From: the human T2T-CHM13v2.0 reference genome, Homo sapiens
Reading direction: 5' to 3' (one strand)
Assembly: GCF_009914755.1 (NCBI RefSeq)
Contig: NC_060937.1
Length of the DNA stretch: 64,000 nt
The notes beneath the pieces were generated by a model. It did not search any database, had not been told where the DNA came from, and was given only the letters and a program-made list of their open reading frames with translations. Of the stretch, positions 13,081-25,905 are shown one piece after another; position 1 is the first letter of the stretch, and every line of letters begins with the position of its first letter. The translations under genes and the position numbers were made by a program.

Positions 13081-16000
13081 CATGAAGAGAAGAAATTCCA
13101 CAAAGTCTTTCCCTTACAGAAATGATTCAATGGTAAGAACTGCCTACTAGGAACTTGAGAGATATCCTTCCAGGAAAAATGCATGTTGAGTTATTTTGTC
13201 TAGAGTTAGGTAATGAAGTCTCTGGTGTCCAAATTCTCAAAGTCCTTGTTATTGATTTTTATCCCATCAGTAAAACAATTAATTTATTGACATGCCTGAT
13301 GAAGTCCAATCTCTCTTTTAGTTGAGAATTATATATAAAGAGCTATGAGTTGTGGTGTTTTTTTTTCCCCCGTGTTTTGTGTGGCAATTTGGACTCAGAT
13401 GTCTAGGCTGTAGGACACATATTTCATAGAACACCCAATAATGTTAAAAATACCATCCCCAAGTTAATTTTCTGCGGTAGTAGGGGGAAAGAACCAATGG
13501 CAAAGTTGATCCTGCTTGCTCACTAAATTACCTATAATACTCAAAACTCAAGGTTTAAAATGCTAAATGTTCCAAATAGTTCTCAGATATCGTTAGAAAG
13601 TTAAAAAAAATCTCTTTATTAATTGATACAATCTAGAACAATCTTAACATGCTAGACATAGGTGGAAGTACCTTTAATTTCATTGCTGTCTTTCTGGAAA
13701 TTTTCCTGCCATCTTAATTATTCTGTTGACCTATTTGCTTTAGACAATAAAATGGTAAATCTTATATTATCTAATTTTTAGACTCAGTTGCAACACCACC
13801 AAAATAGCAAGATGAAGTAGACTGGAAAATATATGTTGAATCCCATACACTTTCCTTCTCATTTGGCACTATTTATGTTTACATAATGCATGAGTAGCAG
13901 CAGGTGTTTGCAAGATATAATTTCACACATATATACACACACACTAACTCACAAATTTATATAGGGCTAAATAATTAAGTAGTTACATTTGGTATGCAGC
14001 ACATAGAGCAGCAGCACAGATAAGTCTGCAATATTAAAGTTTTTTGAACTGTAGAATTATATTCTCATATTCAGATTGTTGATGAATATTTAGTTTGGGA
14101 ATGGGGACAGTTGATTGCACTAATGATTTTGAGGCTGCACACCCTTCTTTCTCATCTGCTCCAATAAAAATCATGATATTGCCCTGGAGTTGACTATTAC
14201 ATGTTTTATTTCATTTGCATTTACCTCCCTCTTGAGACCTATTGTCCTCCTCTTTTTATGTTATAGCACATGATTAATTTATCTACTCACATTTATACTT
14301 GAAACAAAGCTTACATTTAAGAGGTAACATTTGTTTTAAAGAGAGGCGAAGAGACTGGCTGTAGTTGATGTTTGTAGCCAGAAATTTAGTCAGCAATAAG
14401 AACTTTATGGCAGTAGAGTGATTGCATATTGTAAAATATATGCAAGGCCATTTGGTGATCATATTCTGTGCATGTTTTATAAAGGAGGACTTTTAATACA
14501 ATCATATTTGTAATTTTATGGCAAATAAAGTATATATGGGTGAAGAGATCATTTGATTTTTTTCTAAAGCTTTAGTACTTTACCAATATTTTCCTTAAAG
14601 TATTTGCTATGATCCTGGCTCCTATGTTATTAATTTATTATTTTGAATCTCTTTCAAGAAATAAGATTTTTAAATGAAAATGACTTGGTATATAAAAGTT
14701 AAATCAACTTATCAATTTGTAATTTTTATGGAAATTAAATATATTTTAGATTTTAGAAAAAATAAATCTAAACATATATTTTTACCTAGCAAAATAATTT
14801 AAAAATTATATTGAAGTCAATGATGAATAAGAACATTATTATATGATTAGCATCTTCATATAGTTTTGAATTTTCTTACAAAGTTTATCTGAGACTTAAA
14901 ATTAACAAATTATGTTATTTATGATGTTTATCATTCTTCATTTTATATAGATATAGATACAAATATAAATATCTTTATGTATCTTATTAAACAAATAATC
15001 ACTCAATTGTTAGATCAATAGAACAAGAGATAGATAGATCGATCTTAATGCCTCTCAGAGAATATGTGGTCTTAAAGCAATCACACATAACAAAACACTA
15101 CCAAATAAAAACAAAAAGATTTAGGTATTCATTAGTATTAGTATATTTTTGGTTATTTAGATATTATTATTATTATTGTGAGAGAAAGACAATATCTGCT
15201 AAAATCCTGGGAATATTGCGTTATTCTGGCAGATATTTCTTAGTTGTGTTGTACGTTCTGCTGACATTCATCTCTAATAAATTCCACCATTTTTGCTTTC
15301 TAAGTGGTTTCCCTTTTTAGCTGTTGTGACTTTTAACTCATCATTCTTCTGCAATTTCGAGTAGCACCGAAAGTAGTTAGATCTATTGGCATCTTGCTGT
15401 TAGGGTTGTCTGCATGATGAATCCCATTATTTTACTGGCAAATATTGAGACAGCAAAGTCCAGTTGTGTCATGTAGTAAACCATTTGATTTCCCTCATAA
15501 CATAATATTTTTTTCTGATGCCATTTCTCTGGATAACTACTACTACTATTCATCCTTACAGTTATTACAGGCATGGATATTAAATATATTCATTTCTGAA
15601 TAACTCTTGCCCTCCCCAAATACATGTATGTGGAAGAAAGTCGTTTCCAAATAACCAATATGTTAGTAATGTGATTGGAAGAAACACTTTGTGCATGCCT
15701 TCAAGGGTTACCAAGAACACGTGCAGTTGTTTGGATGGTACAGAGGATCAGAGGATTCTCCTTTTGCTCAGGCTGATTTGTTCCTTTTAATAGCCTTTCA
15801 TTTGTGTTCAATTCTGTTTGTGATTTGTGTCCAAAAATGTGTTGGATATTTGTTTCCCCACTAAAGTCCTACATAATTGAGGTAAATTTTAAGGACTGAA
15901 TATTATAAAAGCAAAAATAAATCATTTTTAAGAGAACTTTTAAAATCCTTTAAAAAATTATGGCAATACATTTCCCCAAAAGGGAACTCTTTTTTATTTT

Positions 16001-16454
16001 CCTTTCTCTTTCCTACTTTTAGCAATACTTATTTAACTTTGCTATAATTTTCCAAATTTTCTGCAATAGTGTTTTTTGTTTGTTTTGCTTTATTTCCACT
16101 GCTGTTTTGAGTGTGCTGCTGCTTTTTAATGATGCAGGACTATATCTCATTAGAGATGTAAATTAGAACACAAAACATCATGAAAAAGAAACTTTTAGGC
16201 AGAAAAGTATTAAATTTCAATGTGTAGTTTTATTTTTATGTTACTTTTTGACAATAGTGTGTCAATTTTATAGATGAGAGAATTTTTCTTATTTGAATTA
16301 TCTCTCTATTGACAGATATTTTATCATAAGAGGCATTTACTTCATTATTTATTCCATATATACATATAAAATATAAATTAAAGACATTTATAAATGACAT
16401 AAGCTTTTCTTTTGGAAAAAAGAATTAATTTATCAACATAACAAAAAAAGTCTC

Positions 16455-16773
16455 TTTTTTTTGGTTTTGTTTTGTTTTGTTTTTTAATGTGAGATGGAGT
16501 TTCGCTTTTGTTGCCCAGGCTGAAGTGCAATGGTGCGCGATCTCGGCTCACCGCAGCCTCTGCCTCCTGGGTTCAGGCGATTCTCCTGCCTCAGCCTTTC
16601 GACTCTCTGGGATTACAGGCACCCACCACCACGCCTGGCTACTTTGTATTTTTAGTAGAGACAGGGTTTCTCCATGTTGGTCAGGCTGGTCTCCAACTCC
16701 CGACCTCAGGTGATCCGCCCGCCTCGGCCTCCCAAAGTGCTGGGATTACAGGTGTGAGCCACTGCAACCAGCC
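16455..16773 (-). mobile_element. AluS (AluSp-like)
   Basis: gagtttcgcttttgttgccc, ctcaccgc, tctccatgttggtcaggctgg, cccgacctcaggtgatccgccc. Confidence 0.95.
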
Positions 16774-16924
16774 CTATATTTCTTCTTATTATTAATGATA
16801 TCACTGAGTACAGTCTCAGCTTTAAGTAAGACTAAAACCAAATTATCCTCAAGAACCAATTTGACATTTGTCTACTGACATTTGTCTCCTTCTTTGGAGA
16901 AGACAAGGTCTTGTGAATTTTTTT

Positions 16925-17040
16925 TTCACTCATTTATTCAATATATGTATTTAGCATCTATTTTGTTCCAGACACAGTCCTAGGAACTGCTGATCCAGAA
17001 ATAGACAGAACACATAAGCTCCTCTCCTCATGGAATTTTG
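16925..17040 (-). mobile_element. L2 3' end fragment
   Basis: tcactcatttattcaatatatgtatttagcatcta...ccagacacagtcctagg...ctcctctcctcatggaattt. Confidence 0.7.
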
Positions 17041-18361
17041 GGTGTGTTCCCTATGGAGCTTAGAGGGTGTTCTCTGCTAAGTCTGTGAATTTCCCATGAT
17101 TACATCAACACCTTCTTTTCCCCTTGCTGTAAACCCTCTTGCATTGTACAGACACCTTTCACTATTATATTAGATAGAAACAATCTTAAAAGCAATAAAA
17201 TGTGAGATTGAAAAATGTACGTCCTTTTTGTCTGTTCTTACCATATTATATTTAACTGGAGAAATGGAGCAGAAGAGTGAAAGTATATATATTAAAGTAA
17301 GGAAAATGCAGAATTACCTTGTAACCATTGATAACCACTTTGATTTATAATATAACAATAAAGTATAAAGAAAACCTTTTTTGGCATTTTTAAGCCTCAT
17401 TTATCTTTTCACAGAAAATGTTAATGGCATTTGCAATTTAGCTTAACTACTAACTGATATCAGTACAAATAGAGGTCTTATTCCAGTTCTTCCTGAAACC
17501 CATGCATCTCCTAATACTAAAGTTATTCCATTTCCATCTTTATTTAAAATTCTTAAATTGCACCATTTTCATCAGCAACATATTGCTCTGAAGCAGTTTT
17601 CACAGCAGTCTCTTTTACCACATATCAATCAACATGATTAGTCCTGCCAAATACTCAAAAGTAAGAAATAAAAGAGCAAAAATAAGACAGACCTGCCAGG
17701 TATAACTTTTCAGATCAAATGATTCAAAATCTCTGTACTAGTGATCATTGTAGCTCAAGGAATATTTAGAGAAATGTAGACTTGAAGCTGAATTTATCAA
17801 AAGTCATTTTTTAAAAATATCCTTTCACTTTCTTGAAACTCTTTTTTCTACAATAAGTTAAATAGATGGTAATGACCTGCTGAAATTGCATTTCTAATAA
17901 TTTGGACAATGAGCCAAAGGTTACACACAAAAGCAAATTTTAAGGAAAAATATATAAGCAAGCTATCTCAAATGCATATGTTTCTCTTTATTCACTTTCA
18001 TTAAATATAATCACTCTGTAATTTATATAATAAAAATGAGATCATTTTCTAACTTGTAATAGTAATAAATGATTTTCCTAGATGAAATAATGTTCTTAGG
18101 ACTGTTTTAGACAATTATTTTAATTATTTTAGTGTTCCTCATAAGTACTTTTTACATAATTAATAATGCTGAAATAATTCAGTCATATAGTGTTTTACCA
18201 TTTTTTCATGAATCTTATTTTTAGTTATTCTGTAGACAAAAGCTTAAAGCTTAAAATTTAGTGTAACACTATAATATGATCAGTTTCATATGTACCCATG
18301 AGGACCAATTTAAAGGGAGGATCTTCCTAAACAGAATTCTACAACCGTATGAAAGTCTTTA

Positions 18362-18729
<368 letters not shown>

Positions 18730-18781
18730 GAAAGTGAATAACTTTTCCTATTTAAAACTTTACAAATAAAAATATTTATTA

Positions 18782-20134
18782 TATGGAATCTAATTACACT
18801 AAAGAGCTACACAGCAAAAGAAACTATCAACAGAGGAAACAGACAACCTACAGAATGAGAGAAAATTTTTGCAAACTATGCATCTGACAAAGGTCCATAA
18901 GAAACTGATGCAAATTTACAGGAAAAACAAACAACGCCATTAAAAAGTAGGCAAAGGACATGAAGAGACACTTCTCAAAAGAAGACACACATGCATCCAA
19001 AAATCATATGATAAAAAGCTCAACATCACTGATCATTAGTGAAATAAATATCAAAACTACAATGAGATACCATCTCACACCACTCAGAATGGCTACAATT
19101 AAAAAGTCAAAAAATAACAGTTGCTGGTGAGGTTGTGGAGAAAAAAGAACACTTTTACATTGTTGGTGGGAGTGTACATTAGTTCAGCCACCATGAGGGA
19201 AGACAGTGTGTGATTCTTCAGAGACCTAAAAACAGAAATCTGATTTGATGCAGCAATCCCATTACTGGGTGTATTAGTCCATTTTCACACTGATAAAGAC
19301 ATAATCGAGACTGGGTAAATTGTAAAGGAAAAGAGGTTTAATGGACTTATAGTTCCACATAGCTGGGGAGGCCTCACAATCAAGGCAGAAGGCAAAGGAA
19401 GAGCACACTCACGTCTTAAATGGTGGCAGGCAAGAAGAGCTTCAGCAGGGGAACACCCATATATAAAACCATTAGATCTCTTGACACTTATTCACTACCA
19501 TGAGAACAGTATGGGGGAAACCACACCATCTCCACCTGGCCCCACCTTTGACATGTGGGGATTAATACAATTCAAGATGAGATTTGTGTGGGGAAGCAGC
19601 CAAACCATACCACTCGGTATAACATTATAAATCATTCTATTATAAATATACATACACGTGTATGTTCACTGCAGCACTATTCACAATAGCAAGGACACGG
19701 AATCAACCAAAATGCCCAGCAATGATAGACTGGATAAAGAAAATGTGGTATATATTTACCATGGTATACTATGCAGTTATAAAACAAATGAGATCATGTC
19801 CTTTGCAAGGACATGGATGAAGCTGGGAGCTATTATCCTTAGCAAACTAATGCACGAACAGAAAACCAAATACCACATGTTCTCATCTATAAGTGGGAGC
19901 TAAATAATGAGAACACATTGACATATAGAGGGAAACAATGCACACTGGGGCCTACCAGAGGACAGAGGGTGGAAGGAGGGAGAGGATCAGGAAAAATAAC
20001 TAATGGATACTAGGCTTAATACTTGGGTAATAAAAACATCTGCATAAGAAACTCCCATGACACACACTTACCTGTGCAACAAATGTGCACATTTTGCAAA
20101 TGTACCCCAAAACTTAAAATAAAAGTTAAAAAAA
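18782..20134 (+). mobile_element. L1PA13-16-type LINE-1 3' portion (ORF2 end + 3'UTR), split by a THE1 LTR
   Basis: cacagcaaaagaaactatcaacagag...gagataccatctcacacc...gggagaggatcaggaaaaataactaatgg...aacttaaaataaaagttaaaa. Confidence 0.92.
19270..19612 (-). mobile_element. THE1 (THE1C/D-like) MaLR solo LTR
   Basis: tgtattagtccattttcacac...gaggtttaatggactt...tacaattcaagatgagattt...cagccaaaccatacca; 5-bp TSD ctggg/ctcgg. Confidence 0.92.
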
Positions 20135-20192
20135 TCATTATAGTTTTCCTGTTATTTTTCTATATGCATTGGGGCTGGATATTTCATCATTC

Positions 20193-20240
<48 letters not shown>
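20193..20240. repeat. (ATCT)12 / GATA tetranucleotide STR
   Basis: Perfect 48-bp run read directly. Confidence 0.97.
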
Positions 20241-20459
20241 GTTTATCATCTCCAGGCTATAAAGAAAAATATCTGTATCTGATGAAGAGTAATGCATATT
20301 GCATTGAGATACTGGTCATGAAGCTAGGTACAAAAATTGTATGTGATTCAGTTGTCTTCTGAAAAGATTGGAGTTACCATGTTTGAAAGTGTATACAAAA
20401 AGAAAAAATACTGTTATTGGATGGCTGAAGTGGTAGAAAATAGAAGGTATTGCCATTGA

Positions 20460-20965
20460 ACTCCACAGACACACATTCTTCCCCCAACTACCCAGCTACA
20501 CTACCCTTTAATGTACAGTTGGGTGGGCTCAGAATAGTCTATGACTTAATGATTATCTTAGCCCCCTTGCCATTTATTGCTATAGGAAACCCAGTCTATA
20601 TCGATCAGCATATAGTAATTTTACAGTGAAAGAAATAAGTACAATTCAAGCCAAAAGTTTACCACTGACTTCCTGGAAAATTTTTTCACTTTAAAAATCT
20701 AGGCAGTGGTCATCTCTTCCCTGCTGAATAAAATTGCTATTGTTCCCCTCTGCAATCATTCTAGATCCTCCGTGCCCGCCAAAGGAAGACCAAGTGGAAC
20801 CATGGAAAAAATATGTATTAATCATGATGCTACTGTGCCCCTAAATCATCAGGTCCTGGATCTCATGCTAAGCTGTAGACTTCTTTTAATGTGATTAAAT
20901 ACATATTAATATTGTTCAAAGTAATTGGAGTTAGATTTTCTGCTTCTTACAGCAGAAAGAATATG
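20460..20965 (+). mobile_element. Old MLT1-type LTR, decayed
   Basis: 3' end ...gacttcttttaatgtgattaaat...ttgttcaaag...gttagattttctgcttcttacagcagaaag resembles MLT1 LTR ends. Confidence 0.45.
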
Positions 20966-21061
20966 AGGGAATACTTTGCCTCCAGGTTTGATCAAATATT
21001 AGCTTCATCTTGACTCAATAATTGATTTATCCTTTCAACATTTATTAAATATCTACTATCT

Positions 21062-21500
21062 CAGTAAAACTATATTTGACTGTAAATAAGTGTCTTAGAC
21101 AAAACATATGTTTATTTCTCTCTTGCATAAACACACTTCCAAGGTAAAGGGTCCAAAGCAATTTACTGACTCTGTTGTATGAACTCCCTTAGGAATCAAA
21201 GACTTCCTGTTTAGAACTCTGCTATCCAATGGATTTGCCCCCAGTGTCATGTTTCAAAATGGAATACACATATCCCAAGAAGTGACATGAAGGAGGGAAC
21301 CAAAAACAATAAGGCCAAAATGTGTGTGCCAGCTCTCGCTTAAGGAAGGTTTCTACAAATTGCCAGATGACATTTCTTCCTATATCCCATCTGACCTGAA
21401 TTTACGCTCGCTCCTTGAGTCATGTGTATTTTGGATTGGCATGTATAATTTAGAAAATTTGGAGTATAGATACTGAGGACAGCTAACAATCTCTGCCACT
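21062..21500 (-). mobile_element. LTR33-like ERVL LTR inserted in an L2 tail fragment
   Basis: tttatttctctcttgcataa...aggaaggtttctacaaattgcc..acatttcttcctatatcccat...gatactgaggacagctaacaatctctgccac; L2-like sequence (caacatttattaaatatctact / gtgccag) on both sides. Confidence 0.65.
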
Positions 21501-21590
21501 ACCACTACGTGCCAGAAATTATGTTAGCTGCGGAACATTAGCAAGATTCAGGATTTACAATAATTTTGTGACAAATATATGACCAATAGA

Positions 21591-21700
21591 TAAGATAACC
21601 ATGTAATTTATTGCCCAAACCAGAACAACTTTAAGCATGAAAGAAGGTTCTATTTAAAATTTTGCTGGATAATCAACATAAATCGAAACTGCTCCTGGAT
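21591..21700. mobile_element. MER94/MER81-like hAT-Blackjack MITE
   Basis: taagataaccatgtaatttattgcccaaaccagaaca...gaaagaaggttctatt matches the Blackjack TAGGGTGACCATATAATTTATCGTCCAAACCGGGAC pattern. Confidence 0.6.
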
Positions 21701-23334
21701 ATTACAAAAGTGTGCAGGTAGGCAGTATCATTTAGGTATTAGAGCTCTTTATGTATTTTTTCCTCTTAATTAAAACATGTTCTATTTACATAATTTTAAA
21801 TAACAACTCTGTATCCCTAATATTTTAAAATTTAAAATAAAATATTCTTTGTTAATGATTCCATGTCATGGGGAAATTATTTTTAGACATTTGTGAACAT
21901 GTTGAAAGCCATAAATATGTCTCCCTATATATTTTATTTTACTATATATTTTATTTTATATGATTATATTTTATGAGCCCCTTGATTTTTTATTGTTTCT
22001 TTTCCTCTATGGTTAATCTGTAAATTGTTGGTCTTGGTTTTGGTAACTACGTTTTAACAGTCACTCTAACACTCTCATATAAAATTATTGTTCCAAAGTA
22101 GTTTAAGCTGAACAAAGATATAAAATATCTTACTAGAATTGTGTGTAAAACAAAATGCTGAGATGGATCCAACTGAGTAAAGTGCATTTTAGGGCATGAA
22201 ATTTTAGACAGCTATTTCAGGTTACCTAGAGATCTGTGTAATGTCTTAGCTCAAATTTTTAATACTTATAATATAGAGTTCAGATTATTAAGGGAATCTC
22301 TGCACGTAAAATAGAAAAATATGTCCTGTTGCTATGCATTGTATTACATTTGCTCAGCTATATGGCAAAATACACTTTGGACAAATTTTTAATTCCCTTA
22401 CTGTTCTCTTCCTTTAATATGTCAAGTACATTATCATTGTATCTTCCCTAGTCCAGTCAGAGAATCAGAAATCAATCCAGGTTGTTCAAATAGGCTGAAA
22501 GCTTACAGAGGCAGCAGAGGAATAAAAGATAAAAATGACAAATGGCTGAAGGGAGTGAAGGAACAAAAAGAAAGAAGACATAATGCCAAGGAATTAAAGT
22601 TGCTAATGCCTCTGGGCTGGAGTCCACCAGCCTGCATCAGCTACTGCACACTAGAAGAGGCTATAGTAGTAGTTCTGGATCCACTAATGAGGCATCCTTT
22701 TGATAAACATTGAAACTATCAAAAAAGTGCTCAAGTTCAGTAATTTCTCACTGCTACCAACCACTATTGTTTCTGCTGAGAAATCTAGTCAGCAAGATAT
22801 GTGAAAAACAAAGTTTGTAAGTTCCCAGTGCCCTAAAATACACAATATGACACAGAAAAACATATACGAGGGCCTATATTAAACTGGAAAAGACAAAAAT
22901 AAAGACCAAACATTGAACCTAGGAAAATAAACCACACAAATTGAAATTGAGGATTATCTTAGTGGCTGTGGATGTGTCAATGATGTTGGCTTCTTATCCA
23001 CATGACTGTTTATAGGTGTTTTCTTCTGCCTGGAAAGTTTAGAGTAACTCAAGGATAGCCTTTATTATTAGCAGATTCAATTTGAGTTTTTACTTTAAAT
23101 AGTTAGTGACTACTAAGTGCATGGGTCACAGACATGTGAAGCACATGTATACGATTAGACTAATATCTTGCATAATTCTTTGGAAGGTTGACATAATTCA
23201 ATAAATTCACTTGCGTTTGGTAATAAAATTGTTTTCATGCCTGTAGAATTGTTCCTATAACAATAAACACATTTTCATTTTTATGTACCCATTCAGCTAA
23301 ATATGTATCAGTTGTATTAATATATACACACACC

Positions 23335-23652
23335 GTATTGGTCAGAATAGCTTAGGTTTTGTTGTGCTGTATAAAGAAAATGGCACTGACATCTCACGTA
23401 TGCAAAAATTAATTTCTTGTTGCTCTTATACCTGTTGTAGGCTCAGTTGTTTGTTTAGACTATACTTTCAACCCTCCATTTCGCAAATGAGTCATCTAGG
23501 CTGCTCAGACCTCAACATTATTCCTCTACCTCTAAACAAGGTCTTCTCACTTTTCGCAGCATGGCATGATGCAGGCAGAAAGTCCCACAGAGGCTCTCCT
23601 ATGCCTATTCTTGGAAGTGATAAATTACTTCTAGTCACAAATTTTGTGGCCC
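23335..23652 (-). mobile_element. MLT1-type LTR fragment, cut by the adjacent L1
   Basis: gtattggtcagaatagcttaggttttgttgtg...aatttcttgttgctc...ggaagtgataaattacttctagtcacaaatttt. Confidence 0.6.
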
Positions 23653-25169
23653 ACTAAAATTTTTTGCTATGTTATCTTTTAGGAGTTTTAGAGTATTGTG
23701 TTTTGCATTTAAGTAGGTCTATGATCCATTTTGAGTTAATTTATGAAAGGTATGAAATCTGTTTCTTGATTCTATTTTTTTACATGTGGATGTCCAGTTT
23801 TTCCAGCATCATTTATTTAAAAATGATATTTTCTCCATTGAATTTTCTTTGTTCCTTTGTTAAAGATAAGTTGACCATACCCATGCAGAAAATGATTATT
23901 TTAAGAATTGATTATAGGAATTTCAAAACTAAACAGGAATAAAATTCCAGGATTACAATAAAACTAATTTTGGGGTTTGACAATGGCTTCTTAGATTAAC
24001 ACAAAAAGTACAATTCATAAAAGATGATAAATTGGACTTAATTAGAATTAATAACTTCTGCTTTGTGAAATATACTGTTAAGAAAATGAAAATATAATCT
24101 ACCTACTGGGGAAAAATTATAAAACACCTATTGAAAAAAAGAAACAGATCCAAACTATAGAAAGAACTCTTAAAGCTAAATAATAAGAAAATAAAGACTC
24201 AATAAAAAATGAGTATATATCTAAACAAAAACCTCATCAAATAAGATATACAGATGGCAAATAAGCATATGAAAAGATGTTCCACATCATATGTCATTAG
24301 GAAATAGCAAATTGAAAGAATAATGAGATGTCAATATGGACTTATTGGAATGGCTTAAATCCAAAGCACTGACAATGCCAAAGGCTGGAGAGGACATGAA
24401 GCAACAGGAGCTGTTATTCTTTGCTGGTCAGTATGCAAAATGGTACATCCACTATTGAAAACAGTTTGGTAGCATCTTACACAGCTAAATATAGTCTTAC
24501 TATGTTATCCAGCCATCACACTTTTTGGTATTTGCCTAAATGAGTTGAAAACGTATGTCTGCAGGAAAATATGTTGCATGTGATTGTTCACTTTGGCTGT
24601 ATTCATAACTGTCAAAACCTGGGAACAACCGAGATATCCTTCAATAGATGAATGCATAAACAAAAAGGATACATCCATACAATGGAATATTATTCAGAGC
24701 TAAAAATGAAATGAGCTATCAAGCCACTAAAAGATACAGTGAAATCTCAAATGCATAGTGATTAGGGAAATATGCTAAATCGTCTACATACTGCATGATT
24801 CCAATGATATGACATTCTGAAAAAGGCAAAACTATGGAGGCAATAAAAAATTAGTGGTTGCCATGAGCCTGGGGTGGGGAAAGGGAGGAATAGGTGGTAC
24901 ACAAGGAATTTTACAGCAATAAAGCCCTTCTGTATAATGTAATATGAATACATTTCATCACACATTTGTCAAAATAAAATTTTCAACACAAAGAGTAAAC
25001 TATAATGTAAATGTGTCAGTATTGGCTCAATAATCATAATAAATACGCCACAGTAATGAGCGATGTTAATAATAGTGAAAATTGGGAGAAAGGTGAGGGG
25101 GTATAGTATCTACTTTTGCTCTCACTTTCTGTAAACCTAAAGCTGTATGAAAAACAGTCTATTTAAAAA
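23653..25169 (+). mobile_element. L1MC-type LINE-1 3' portion with inverted 5' segment (23653-23880 reversed; 23968-25169 forward)
   Basis: Reverse ORF2 (gtctatgatccattttgagttaat...ccagcatcatttatt), then forward ORF2 end and L1MC 3'UTR (ctgcatgattcca..atatgacattctgaaaaaggcaaaactatggag...ttctgtaaacctaaa). Confidence 0.85.
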
Positions 25170-25262
25170 TATTCTTTGTATCAACTTCACCATATTGATG
25201 ATGTTCTCAGAAATGCATTTTTAAGATTTCAGACATGTTTATATTTGAATTAGATTGTATGT

Positions 25263-25314
25263 TTATAATTTTGAAAAGTATCCATTTTAAGGTTATAATT
25301 TTGAAAATTATCCA
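25263..25314. repeat. 30-bp-period local duplication
   Basis: ttataattttgaaaagtatcca / ttataattttgaaaattatcca. Confidence 0.85.
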
Positions 25315-25905
25315 CTGCTATGTTTATTATAAAAGAGTAAAAAGAACAAATTATTTACCAGAATTTGACAAAAATTTTGGTACATAAAGGCTTGTATTAT
25401 CGGACATTTGGTGTTGAAATAATTCAAACAATATGGCGCTAATGGGAGATTCAAGGCAAAGATTAAAGCTTAGAATATATTAACCTTGAAAACATTTCTG
25501 TGTCTTATTTAATATATAAAAGTTTTAAGTCACATAATTAAGGGAGTGATTAAAATTATAGTATAGAAAAATGTATAATACAATCAAATTAGGTGTTCAC
25601 CCTCCACTATTATCTAAAAACTAAATAAATACAAAAAAGCTATAAATAACAAGCAAAAATGAAGCAAAGAATGGAGATTAAACCATAATAATAATATCAT
25701 GAGTTCATGTGGGCATCCCCTCTCCAGCCCAAATTGCTAGGTATGGCAAGAAAAATAAATACATAACCACTCTACTGATTGTGTTGATGTTAGAGTCTTT
25801 TGAAATTCCTGAAATACATCAGGATTATTAAAAAAAAATTCACTGGACTTTATCCACCCTGGATCACTGGCAGGAGGATGTGCCCAGACTGGTAGAACAG
25901 GAAAC

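Noticed and set aside
15230-15574. Possible exon or ORFs on both strands; plus-strand acceptor at 15320
   Set aside because: No recognisable peptide and no convincing matching donor.
22440-22880. Possible very old LTR fragment
   Set aside because: Too diverged to support a family or boundaries by eye.
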